NCBI GenBank assembly: GCA_951406725.2
Contig: OX597825.1
Span: 27,156,001-27,220,000, forward strand
Length of the DNA: 64,000 nucleotides
Direction: 5' to 3'
Source of the DNA: Octopus vulgaris
Taxonomy: Eukaryota
Within the stretch, counting starts at the first letter, position 1. Each line of letters opens with the position of its first letter. The notes beneath the pieces are model-generated. The model had not been told where the DNA came from. It ran no database searches and saw only the letters and a program-made list of their open reading frames with translations. Below, piece after piece: positions 14,237 to 26,043 of the stretch. Position numbers and translations under genes: made by a program.

Positions 14237-14690
14237 GAAAGCTACCGAACTGGCAGAATCGTTAGCATGCCGGGCGAAATGCTTCACGGTATTTCTTTCC
14301 TGCGGCGAGCTGGCAGAAACGTTAGCACGCCGGGCGAAATGCGTAGCCGTATTTCGTCTGTCGTTACGTTCTGAGTTCAAATTCCGCCGAGGTCGACTTT
14401 GCCTTTCATCCTTTCGGGGTCGATAAATTAATGTAAATCGATGTAATCGACTTAATACCTATGTCTGTCCTTGTTTGTCCCCTCTATCTTTAGCCCCTTG
14501 TGGGTAATAAAGAAATAGGTATTTCGTTCCTTCTTTACGTTCTGAGTTCAAATTCCGCTGAGGTCGAATTTGCCTTTCATCCTTTCGTGATCGATTAAAT
14601 AAGTACCAGTTGCGTACTGAAAACGTTCTAATCGACTGGATCCCTTCCCCCAAAATTTCCGGCCTTGTGCCTACAGTAGAAAGGATTATT
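14237..14690 (+). mobile_element. Nested SINE family B (copy 14302-14517 inside copy 14237-14301/14532-14690)
   Basis: Host head is interrupted and resumes at TTTACGTTCTGAG; near-identical 14-mers GGTATTTC(T/G)TTCCT at 14288-14301 and 14518-14531. Confidence 0.85.
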
Positions 14691-14884
14691 TATTACCTGA
14701 ATATTATCTAAAATATTATTTGAATATGACATACTTATAAACGTTAGAAACTAATAAAATGACACGAGGCATATTTAAATACACAGATATATGTTTCTCT
14801 GAATATATGTATATATATATATGACCTAAAATGCCAACTTTAAGTCATCCAACACCTCACTACTTTCACTCATTCATATTCTCC

Positions 14885-15035
14885 CTTCTTCTTCTTCTTC
14901 TTCTTCTTCTTCTTCTTCTTCTTCTTCTTCTTCTTCTTCTTCTTCTTCTTCTTCTTCTTCTTCATCATCATCATCCTCATCTTCATCATCATCATCATCA
15001 TCATCTTCTTCTTCTTCTTCTTCTTCTTCTTCTTC
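14885..15035. repeat. (CTT)n/(CAT)n compound microsatellite
   Basis: Direct reading; explains poly-L/H and poly-E/D ORFs. Confidence 0.97.
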
Positions 15036-15491
15036 TCTCCCTTCTTCCTTCGCCTTCCTAACTTTATTACTAATGCTTTCTAGTATAACACCTACGCAAA
15101 TTCTATAAATAAAACTAGAAATATTTTCATGAATTGAACAGCAACTGCTAGCCTCCACTGACCATTCAAAATACTATAATCAAAACATTCCCAAATTCCT
15201 CGTCTTCTTCCTCCCCTACTCCTCTTCCCCCTGCTTCTTCTTCCCTACCAAGAATTCACAACGACCTCAAACTCACAAGAGATAAACAAGAGAGACAGAG
15301 AAAAGCAGAAACAAGGAAAATGCCACTTCTATATGAACACTATACAAATATTCTTTTAAGAAAAAACTTTTCTTTTAATTTTTCTAAATTTAATTATTTA
15401 ATTGTTACAGTTGAAAAGGTCTCAATGACTGAAAACGGTACTGAAATGTTCTTTATTAAATTATTTTAGCATTTTCTACCCTGACTTGTTT

Positions 15492-15562
<71 letters not shown>

Positions 15563-15567
<5 letters not shown>

Positions 15568-16213
15568 TTAATTAATACATTTTAGGGTAGCAACAAATTC
15601 TAGAAAAATTCTCTGCTACCAGCGGTCAAGTGAGAAAGAAAAAGATAGTCAATAGACTATATAATACACATTCGAATATATAAGGAATGGCCATAATAGG
15701 ACATTCGACTCACTAGAAAGAACAGTTAAACTCTAAACCATTAATAGTAGTAATTCTGAAATGGAAAGAGAAATAAAAACGTTTACCCTCTCCTTTCTGG
15801 ACTATGCATAGTTTCGGCAATCTTTAATAAATAAATTAAATTTATTTACAACTGGCATGTCTCTTCAGCAGAAAACCAAGGACTACCATATAGCCACGAA
15901 GCGATAATAACCATGCTTCGAGTCTATATGCTATAACTTTTCAAAATCCACCACACTCGCGCGGTTTTCTCAGCAGCAAATATAAACTGCCGATTTAATT
16001 GCAAAATTAACCAAAAAATCATTAATTAATAAATTTTAGGGTAGCAAAAAACTCTAGAAAAATTCTCCGCTACCAGCGGTCAAGTGAGAGACAAAAAATA
16101 GTCAATAGACTATATAATATACATTCAAATATATAAGGAATAACCATAATAGGACATTCGACTCAGTAGAAAGAGCAGTTAAACTCCAAACCACTAATAG
16201 TTGTAATTCTGAA
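15563..16213 (-). mobile_element. Retrozyme/Penelope pLTR-like element: ~455-bp unit, about 1.4 tandem copies
   Basis: ~197-bp direct repeats at 15563-15761 and 16018-16213 (e.g. GCTACCAGCGGTCAAGTGAGA, ATAATAGGACATTCGACTCA) flank an interior carrying a hammerhead; abuts (TA)n 15497-15564. Confidence 0.8.
15794..15874 (-). ncRNA. Type I hammerhead ribozyme
   Basis: Minus strand: UUUCUG [CUGAAGA] long stem II [GAAA] CUAU-GC-AUAG [UC] CAGAAA. Perfect 6-bp stem I, palindromic stem III, GUC triplet with predicted cut between 15800 and 15799; one mismatch near the base of stem II. Confidence 0.8.
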
Positions 16214-16458
16214 ATATCAGAATCACTATGCACTATGAGAGAATCAGTAGAAAAATATTTCGGCGAAATTAGATCGACCCTGCTTTTCGAAATATTTTGA
16301 GATTTGCTTTGAATTTCCCATTCGTATTTATTCTGCATGTTTCTTTTCATCTTTCTTTAGTGTCAGAACAAATAATTAATATTCTATATTCCATCAATTC
16401 AGTTGTCAACATCGAGTATGAAGAATTGAGTCTCTGTAGCAACGTTATAGATCGTCAT

Positions 16459-16844
16459 TAGATTAAAGATTAATTGCGAACATAACATGGCAGTCCTGCT
16501 TTAGGGCAAATGTTGCTGTAATTTAGCACCAGGAGACATTGTCTGCAGCTGGCTATACGACATAATCTGTCCTTATATTTTCGAAGAATGGCATTTAGCA
16601 ACACCACTCAGCTCAAAACTATATCTGTGTATCACGATTTCCAGGTTTTTCTCTTCCCCTGGAAATCGCGATACACAGACATTATTTTGAGCTGAGTGGA
16701 GGTGCTAAACGGCCTTCTTCGAAAATATAAGGACAGATCATGTAGTATAGCCAGCTGCAGACGATGTCTCCTGGGGTTAAATTGCAGTAACAGTCGTCCT
16801 AAAGCAGGACTGCCATGTTATACTGGCAAATAATCTTTACTCTA
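16459..16844. mobile_element. Foldback/MITE-like long palindrome
   Basis: ~185-bp arms (16459-16645 vs 16658-16844), e.g. ATAACATGGCAGTCCTGCTTTAGG vs CCTAAAGCAGGACTGCCATGTTAT; ~12-nt pyrimidine loop. Confidence 0.9.
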
Positions 16845-16924
16845 GAGTACTGTTGTTGAATATCTCTCATTGGGAAATTTACAAATAGTAATTTTCTTGA
16901 TCGTTATTTATATAGGTCTCAAAT

Positions 16925-17088
16925 TTTGGTACAGGGACAGGGTTTCGGAGAAAATACTCGAATGGTTCTTATTTTCCTGACCCCGAAAGCATGAGAGAGT
17001 AACTCTTCGAACTCAGAACATAAAGGCAGATGAAACACTGCTAAACGTTCGGCTAGGCTTGCTCGCGACTCTGCCAACTCACCGCCTT
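16925..17088 (-). mobile_element. SINE family B, diverged copy
   Basis: GACCCCGAAAG..GAACTCAGAAC..CTGCCAACTCACCGCCTT. Confidence 0.7.
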
Positions 17089-17879
17089 TGAGATCGATAT
17101 TAATATTAGTATTATAATTTATATCTACAATAATCGTTTTGTCTCTAGCGTCTTACAAACATTACAATCATTGTGAGTTGAATTTTATTTTCGAAGAACG
17201 ATAAAAAGATAGCTATTCACTTTTGTCGACTACATCTCTATCACTAATTATTTATGGATTTTACGGTATTTATTTTAATCGCACTCACTAACATCTGCAG
17301 CATATTTATTATCATAAACATCTTAGGCATCTTCATTATCTTCATTTCATCATTTCATCATCATGATCGTCATCGTCGCCGTCATTGTCGTCATCATCCT
17401 CGTCATTATCATCACTGTCATCATTCTTATCAGCTCATCGCAGTCGCTAATGATGCGGTCATCGCTGCCTCTTAATCGTCATTACAATTACTATTAGAAT
17501 ACTGCTGTAAACAAACATATGTATATGCTTGCAGAAATGAATACCATTTTGTATAACTCGGATACGTTTTCCTTTATAGTGTTCTAGAGGAAACTGTGTA
17601 CCACTCTGAATTATATAATATTTGTATTGAATAGTTGCTTTAAAATGTCTTCAATAATAACTTAAGAAGCAGAGAGATATTTTCGTGCAGAATATTTCAG
17701 AAACAATGTACCGACAGATTTCTTAATTGTAGATTATGCCAAACTATATTGCTACGGGAAATAAGAAGCATTTTAGCAAAATATATGCTGGTTCCAGTGC
17801 AACGTAGCAGGAAAGTCGAGGATTGAATTTCTGTCAACCCAGTTAATACAGTGGAGTATCGGCACTGTTAAATTTTGAT

Positions 17880-18078
17880 TTCAACGTTTTGGGAAGAGGT
17901 CAGCAATTTCGGGGAGTGGATAAGTCGATTGCATGTGCAACTGGTACTTATTTTATCAACTCCAAGAGGATGGCAGGCAAAGACGACATTAGCGGAATTT
18001 GAACTCAAACCGTAAAGAAGGACGGGATGCCGCTAAGCATTTCACCTGGCATGGTATTCATTCTGCCAGCTCGCCGTT
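17880..18078 (-). mobile_element. SINE family B, diverged copy
   Basis: CTGGTACTTATTTTATC..GGAATTTGAACTCA..TCTGCCAGCTCGCCG. Confidence 0.8.
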
Positions 18079-18762
18079 TCAGCACCGCTACATGTTGATG
18101 GTTATTTGCTGGAGATAGCTTTCTTTTCTACATCATGGTTTGTTTTGGCAGTGACAGTGGCGAAAGTGGTATTGGTGATGGTTGAAAACAATGAACAGAA
18201 AAAGAGAAAGAGAGAGAGAGAGAGAGAGAATGAAAGAGGTTAGACAGAAAAACATTGTACATTACCCTAAACAGAGAAACAAAGAAAAATGTTTATCATG
18301 CAGCTTTTCAACAAGTCGACAAATTATATCAGCGTTTTGATGAAAATTGTTCATTACTTGAAAAATATTGAACAAGTTTAAGAAGAATCTAGTATGTATT
18401 CATGCCTATAGTATCACTGTTGGGCCCAGGGTCCAATGAAGCACCCTCTACAGGAGGTAGCTCAAAATCCGCCGGAATGGGCCGCTTGTAAGCTAATATA
18501 TATATTAATATATATATGAATGAGAAAAGCAACAAATGAGGAAATTGACGTGTAGATATCAGATTATTGAAAGATATTCAAATCCAAATAATAAAATTCT
18601 TTCCTACAGCCGTTTCCCCATCCAGTTAGTTCAATTGCAGAAATTAAATTAAATTAATTTAATTTTAATTTTCTTATTGTGACTGTTGTTTGACGTGTTG
18701 GCTGACCTACTACAATCTTATATGTGGGCGTTTTTGAATGTATGCGTTGTTTAATAAAACGT

Positions 18763-18804
<42 letters not shown>

Positions 18805-20802
18805 GTACCTTAGTTAAGTGTTGAGAGAAAAGTTTGTATAAGGTTTCAACTAAATTACCCTTATATTTTTCGCAAATGGAACTATGAACCAGTAATATAT
18901 ATAAGTAAAAATCTTTTTGTTTTAGTATACAGGACGCAAGAGTAGAAATGTTTCACATACACTCTTTAGAGATAAATTTAGAAGGACAGGGAATTTCACT
19001 TTTACTTAAAACACCAGCAACGATTTGAGAAAGAGACTTTCTTTTTTGTAATATTATAGAATGTACTTCCAACGGAAACTTTGATATTAACAATTTCGTG
19101 TATTTAGGGCGATATCACCTATATCGGGCATACCTTGCAGAATACAGAAATCTTTATGTTTCGTATCACGATATATACGATTGAGACGGAAGGGCAAGTT
19201 AATATTCTGAGTCTTGATATTCTGTATCAGCTGGTTTCGAATATATGGGACAAAAAGTTATTGTCACTTTAATATTTTTAGAATTTGAGCTCTGGGTACT
19301 AACAGGAACACACATTATAACGGTTAGTCTTTATCGTATTTATTTTTGATTTTAAAACATACACAAACGTTTGTCATATATTTCATTTGTTCTAAAATAT
19401 CGAAAGTATGAAAAAGTTTGCAGCAGGGTTAACAATGATATTATTAATAGCATATTTCAACAGTTTAGCTACGGCGTCTCAGTCGATTCGCTATAGTTTG
19501 ATCCGGTGCCACAAATATCCGCTGTGTATTTGAAACAATATTAACCAAATATTGCTATTCTCCCCAAGAGATATTTGCTGAATAGCAAAACGCATCAACA
19601 CACCTCATTAGCAGCTTTTCCCAAAGGAAATTACCGTAGGCTAAAATAAATTATCAAATTAGGGTTTTGCTAAGAAGAACGTCGCAACTTAAATAAACGG
19701 CGTATTTCCGTTCAATTAGCCATATCATTGATCTGAGGGAAATTGAATAAAGTTTGTTCTTGATTTTTTTTTGTGTGTGTGTTTATATATTTAATTATTT
19801 TATCTGTCTTTGCTGTTCGGCTTCACATTTAAATTGGATGTAACTATTCAAAAATAACCCTCGTAGAAATACGTTGAATGCAATTTCCTCTGGCTTCTCA
19901 CTTTGTGCTTAAAACAAACATAACCATTTTTCACGGTTGTCTGTTAATGAAGCCTGTCAATTGACAGAGTTGAATCATAAAGGGAGCATGCAAATAATTT
20001 ACAACATTTCAGTAACAAAAATTACATGGAATGTTTCCATTATTTTCCCAGATAGCTTCAGTAAATTTTTTATATCACAGCAAAGTATTTTAATGTCCTA
20101 CAATACTCATCCTTGTTTTCACAGAAATATATTTCCTCAGCTAAAAATCACTGCGTCCATTCGTATAATCATGGTTCAAAAGACTTCTCCCAAAAGAATT
20201 CCCATTAAATTTGGTTATCAGAGTTTTAAGTTCGATGTCGTTAAAATAAGGAAATAAATGATGAGTAGAGAATATTTGATACATTCCTATTTTATATTCA
20301 CTTTATTAACCACAGGGAAATATTTGAAAACAACATCGAACACAAAATATCCCACGCTAACATTCCTTAAATATATCAATATGTCAAAACCAAAATGAAG
20401 GTTTTCATAGTATGGTAATATAATTCAGTAGCATATTTGTAATTTCCACCTGCTGAATTTAAAGGAAACCCCTATAACACAGACTTTTTTTTTAATATAA
20501 TCATTCCCTCCCTCATCAAACACAAAATAATATATTTACTGAAGTTAGGACATAAAAGTAAAATATTTAACTAGTATATATACATACATACATACACACA
20601 CACACACATATATATATAACATGGAAAAGGAATACACCATTAGCTACTGAGGTTCAGTAGCTTACAACTGCCTTTACTCTATAATTGAGTGGTTGTGTAT
20701 ATGATTGACTTGTGATTGAGAAGGTATGTAGCACTTAACAATTTCATCAATCTCAAATAAAAAATATATGAATATATATATATATTTATATATACACTCA
20801 CA

Positions 20803-21057
20803 CATAAGAATGCAAAAAAGCATTAACCTGCTAGAAATAAGAGGTAAAATCTTAATTAAACCCTAAAGTACTAAAATAGCAGAGAAATAACGCTAGGTGA
20901 GGAAACAGAAATAATTAATATATCCAAATAGCATAGTCTTTCATAGGTGTGCTTTTGAGTATATTAACTCTTCCCGTTATTTTAGTGTTTTTATGGTAAT
21001 TTAATTAAGATTTTAACTCTTATTTCTAATAGGTCAATATTTTTCTGCATTCTTATG
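20803..21057. repeat. Inverted repeat, ~85-bp diverged arms
   Basis: CATAAGAATGCA..TAGAAATAAGAGGTAAAATCTTAATTAAA vs TTTAATTAAGATTTTAACTCTTATTTCTA..TGCATTCTTATG. Confidence 0.8.
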
Positions 21058-21220
21058 CGTCATGCTAAAGTGGATATTATAGCTCAATAGTGCTATATGC
21101 CTGTGAACAACCTATGTTTATACCATTAATTTAAAATTTTATCCATAGAGGATGTTAACAGTAGTGACATCTTATTTCAATCCTTCGTGTTTCGATGTTT
21201 TGTTTATATATTTTATATAT

Positions 21221-21361
21221 AATTTTTTCGTAATGAGATAAAAAAAACAAAGGCTGTGTAGATTTTAGAACTTTTATAAATAGAACTTCTTATAGAAGTT
21301 CTTATTTATATATGTTCTAAAATCTACACACTCTTGGCTCGTTTATCTCATTATGAAAATT
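21221..21361. repeat. Imperfect palindrome, ~70-bp arms
   Basis: TAATGAGATAAA..TGTGTAGATTTTAGAAC..AGAACTTCT mirrored by AGAAGTTCT..GTTCTAAAATCTACACA..TTTATCTCATTA; centre ~21292. Confidence 0.85.
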
Positions 21362-21865
21362 CTTTTTATATACGCTGACATATGACCTAAGTTGGCCCAC
21401 TTATTCGCATAGGCACCGAAGCTGGAATTTAATTATGTTCAATTCATTGCACATATTCAGTATTACCTGACGCAGTTGGGTCTCACTTGCACCATTACAT
21501 CTGATAACTTCCTATATATATATAGCCCAATAGATTCAAACAACATTAAATGTAATGCCAAGAGTGACATTAATATACGAATATTTCAGACCCATTTAGG
21601 TAATATTTCAACCATCGAAGAAGTTCTTTAGTGATACTCAAGCATATGGCCGAATCGGCTGTAAGTTAATGAAAAAGTATGAAAGAAATAGAATATAAAA
21701 AATAAAAGAATGTATTAAAAAATACACGCAGCCATATTCTCACAATAGATAGAAACCTTCTTGTTACGGTTTTGGGCCCCCCCAAGATCACAGATAGAAC
21801 CTGTTTTTCTTTTTATTATGTCCCTGTACAAGCCTTCCATTTGTCTTTAAATATTTCATGTTATA

Positions 21866-21896
<31 letters not shown>

Positions 21897-21959
21897 CATT
21901 TTTTCCATTTTTAATCATGTGATTGTATACGCGTGAGAGTATATGTATACATAAGTATA

Positions 21960-22360
21960 TGTGGTAAGTAGCTTTCTTACCAACCACATGGTTCCGGGTT
22001 CAGTCCCACTGCGTGGCATCTTGGGCAAGTGTCTTCTGCTATAGCCCCGGGCCGACCAATGCCTTGTGAGTGGATTTGGTAGACGGAAACTGAAAGAAGC
22101 CTGTCGTATATATGTATATATATATATATTTGTGTGTGTGTGTGTTTGTTTGTGTGTCTGTGTTTGTCCCCCTAGCATTGCTTGACAACCGATGCTGGTG
22201 TGTTTACGTCCCCGTCACTTATCGGTTCTGCAAAAGAGAACGATAGAATAAGTACTGGGCTTACAAAGTATAAGTCCCGGGGTCGATTTGCTCGACTAAA
22301 GGCGGTGCTCCAGCATGGCCGCAGTCAAATGACTGAAACAAGTAAAAGAGAGTAAAGAGT
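21960..22360 (+). mobile_element. SINE family A, near full length
   Basis: Near-identical to 42168-42593, with internal TA/TG tract and GTAAA(A)GA tail. Confidence 0.92.
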
Positions 22361-22795
22361 ATTAAATGCGTATGTGTGAGCATGTTTATATATGTGTGCG
22401 CGTATATGTGTGCATATGGGTGTAAGACTGTATCCGGTGCATGAGGGCGACTGTCATATACATGTCTCCTTTCTTTATGTGTTATGTGTGTACATACGCT
22501 TGTATATCTGCGGTTGTAGGTGTGTTGATTGATAGGAGGGTGTATATGTATATGTGCGTGTGTGTATGTGTGTGTGCGTACCTCTAGATATCTGCACATA
22601 TATGGATATTCATGTATGCGGCGAGTGTAAATATTCAACTTTGCGAGTGTGCAAATATGCGTATGTTTACGTTTGGGTAAGGGTATATTTATTTGTGTAA
22701 ATGCCTAATATAAGTGTAGGCATATATCTGTGTGATGATACGGTTGCGTATATGTTTACGCATGTATGTGTGTATATTTATACATACATATGCAT

Positions 22796-22837
<42 letters not shown>

Positions 22838-22838
22838 G

Positions 22839-23097
22839 TCGCGGTCGTATGATCGCGGTTTCGATTCCCAGACCGGGCATTGTGAGTGTTTATTGAGCGA
22901 AAACACCTAAATGCTCCACGACGCTCCGGCAGGGGGTGGTGATCCCTGCTGTTCTCTTTCACCACTCTTTCTTCCACTCTTTCTTCTGTTGGCCTGCTCG
23001 CTTAGCCAGCGGGGTGGCATCATTCAAAGGCTAAAACAATGCGAACGCATTCTGACCAGCGATGTGTAACATCTGCTGGTCTGGTCGGTCACGTGAT

Positions 23098-23104
<7 letters not shown>
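22839..23104 (+). mobile_element. SINE family C, 5'-truncated, in (TA)n
   Basis: Aligns to 28182-28495 and 29086-29356; tail TCACGTGATCACGTGA then (TA)n. Confidence 0.88.
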
Positions 23105-23142
<38 letters not shown>

Positions 23143-23802
23143 AATGTGTGTATAGAGATGTGTATATAAACATGTAAAAATGTGTGTATGGGCATATATA
23201 TGTATATATATATATATATATATACATACATATACATACATAGTGTATACGTTTGCAGATTTTACGAACGCAGAAGGTTTCTATCTATTGTGAGAATGTG
23301 GTTACGCGTATTTATTATATTTTTTATATTTTATAACTTTTATATATTTTTTTCATACCTATTAAGGTAACCGAATAGTCGATGAAAATGCATCGATGCT
23401 TTTAACTCCGATATTCGAAACTCTGACTTCTATTCTGACGACAAGTAGTTACTATTTGCTTTATTATACACAGAATTAGTTTCATTGAAGAATCAGTTTA
23501 ATAATAAATTTACAAATTTTTATTTACTTATATATTTAATGTTTATTACGTTTTAGTTTAAACTTATTAGTCCTTCCATTTGCTATCTTTTTTAGATGGG
23601 AAATACATTCAGCTGTGTATAACGGGTATTGATGCTACATATTTTCATATTTCAACATGTCTACTTATATAAAAGTGTTTCACTTTGTATCTATTTAGCC
23701 TCAGTATCTTCTTGAGAATACATATTCGCTTGTAAAGCCATACACATAGCCCGTGCAACCATGCAGTTGAATATCCATAGACACGTACGTATGTATATGT
23801 GC

Positions 23803-23853
<51 letters not shown>

Positions 23854-23959
23854 TGTGCGTGCGTCTGTGTGTGTGTGTGTATGTATGTGTGTGTATGAAT
23901 ATATACATATTTGAAGATATGTATGAATTCGCTTAAGTGTCACTATGTGAATGATTGTA

Positions 23960-24150
23960 TTTTCACACCATTTTCTCCATTATATATATCAGGTTACTTT
24001 CATCGATGTTACCTCGAAAAACCACAGCAGTTTCCTCACCTTTAGAAGCCGATGCCATATTACGATAAGTGCTTTTGATAGATATAAAGATTAAAACTAC
24101 TCCCAATACAGATGATAGGATATAGGATTCTCCTGATGACAGGAACAGCT
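23960..24150 (-). repeat. Old interspersed repeat, second copy at ~27860-28060 (+)
   Basis: ATGGCATCGGCTTCTAAAGGTGAGGAAACTGCTGTGG..CATCGATGAAA (minus) vs ATGGCATCGTCTTTGAAAGGTGATGAAACGCTGTGG..CGTCGATGAAA. Confidence 0.6.
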
Positions 24151-25055
24151 GACAAAATACATATACATAAAAGAAAAAAATATTCCTTAGTGTCCAACAT
24201 AATATTATTGATCCTGAATGCATCATATTTTCAGGAGAAGAAAGTATGAAAAAATACATTCGATACATATGTGCCACACAATATTCATAAGTTATTTTTT
24301 TCTCGTTTTTCCTACTTTTAGATTAAATCTAAGCTACTGACGTTCATTCGTTCATCAAAGTATTTCACGAAATGTCTAAGACTTAAATCATGAACCTATA
24401 AATGAACATATATGCCAAGCTTGGAGTAAAATACCTTACGTCATAATTTTATAAAACACCTTGTATTCCCAGTGCAGTAGAAATTGTGATAATACTGCTT
24501 ACATTGGTCCCCTTCAAGAATTTTGTACGTATATTAAGCTCAAAGATATATGTTATGGAGCGTATGCGGCTACCTAGATGTGCCTAGCATGCAACCTCAC
24601 ATATGTTGGTCATTTCAATCTAAAATATCCATTTATTAATGGAATATACCTGAATCATGCTACGGTGTATATATGTTTGTCAGCAATGATAGAACTCACA
24701 TCCTACTACGAGAAATTTCTGTATCGCTAAATCGTTATCACATATATACAAACTATACTAAGTGCTGTAAGCCTATATATATGTTAAGCGTTCGTCTGAT
24801 GGTGGAACCTGAGATATCTATTTGAATACGTTTAGCTTACATCGACATTTCGGAACTAGGATTCGAGCAGTTCAGTCCTTCCTTCACTATATTTCTAACG
24901 GCGAAATTAGTATATATTTACATTCACACATTCATACGCTCACACGATGATGTGGAATTAAACACACAGACATATATATATATGTAATCGTAAGTATGTA
25001 TGTATGTATGTATGTATGTATGTATGTATGTATATATATATATATATATATATTT

Positions 25056-25089
<34 letters not shown>

Positions 25090-25162
25090 CTAATATATAT
25101 ATATTTGTACACATATATGAATGTGTGTGTGCTTGCATGTGTGTATGAGTACACACACACAT

Positions 25163-25248
<86 letters not shown>

Positions 25249-26006
25249 AGAGAGAGAGATTCTTCAATTCACATTTGGGATTAGATTTACATATTCTAAA
25301 TTGATTACTGGAATGAATATTAATATTTTTCGTTGGCTTTACATTTTATTTTCGAAATATTTGTAATATTTTTGAATTATTTGGGGTGATATACCTAAGT
25401 AGTCAAATACAATTTATTTGCTACAATGTTAGTAAATATATCTGCTTTCCTCAGTGTACGTAGATTCTGGCCCTCGATGACAATCCGTTTTCTCGTTAAG
25501 AGACGATAGTAGATTTAGCATGAAATGTTGCTACAAGTATAATAGATATATCAAGCCAACTTATCCTTATCTAAGTGCGTGTACTCTTACAGATACACAC
25601 ATACACATACACACACATACACACACATACACATACACACACATACACATACACACACATACACATACACACACATACACATACACACACATACACATAC
25701 ACACACACACAGAACCATACGCCTATTAAGACACTTTAATGCATGCTTATAAAAGAATACTATATATATATATTACTCATATATATATCTATGTATGTAT
25801 ATATATATATATTACTCATATATATATGTATGTGTATGTATATATATTTATATATATATATATAAAGACATATATATATATATATTTACGAAGATGTGGG
25901 TGCATATGCGTGTGATTGTGTATAACTGCAAATACAAAACCCAGGCACGCTCAAACATACACAAAAGCACATACATATATACACGCGTGCAGGAGCACAT
26001 GCGCAA

Positions 26007-26043
<37 letters not shown>

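Noticed and set aside
23963-24277. 104-aa minus ORF with splice-like signals
   Set aside because: Matches a diverged copy at ~27860-28060, so it is an old repeat.
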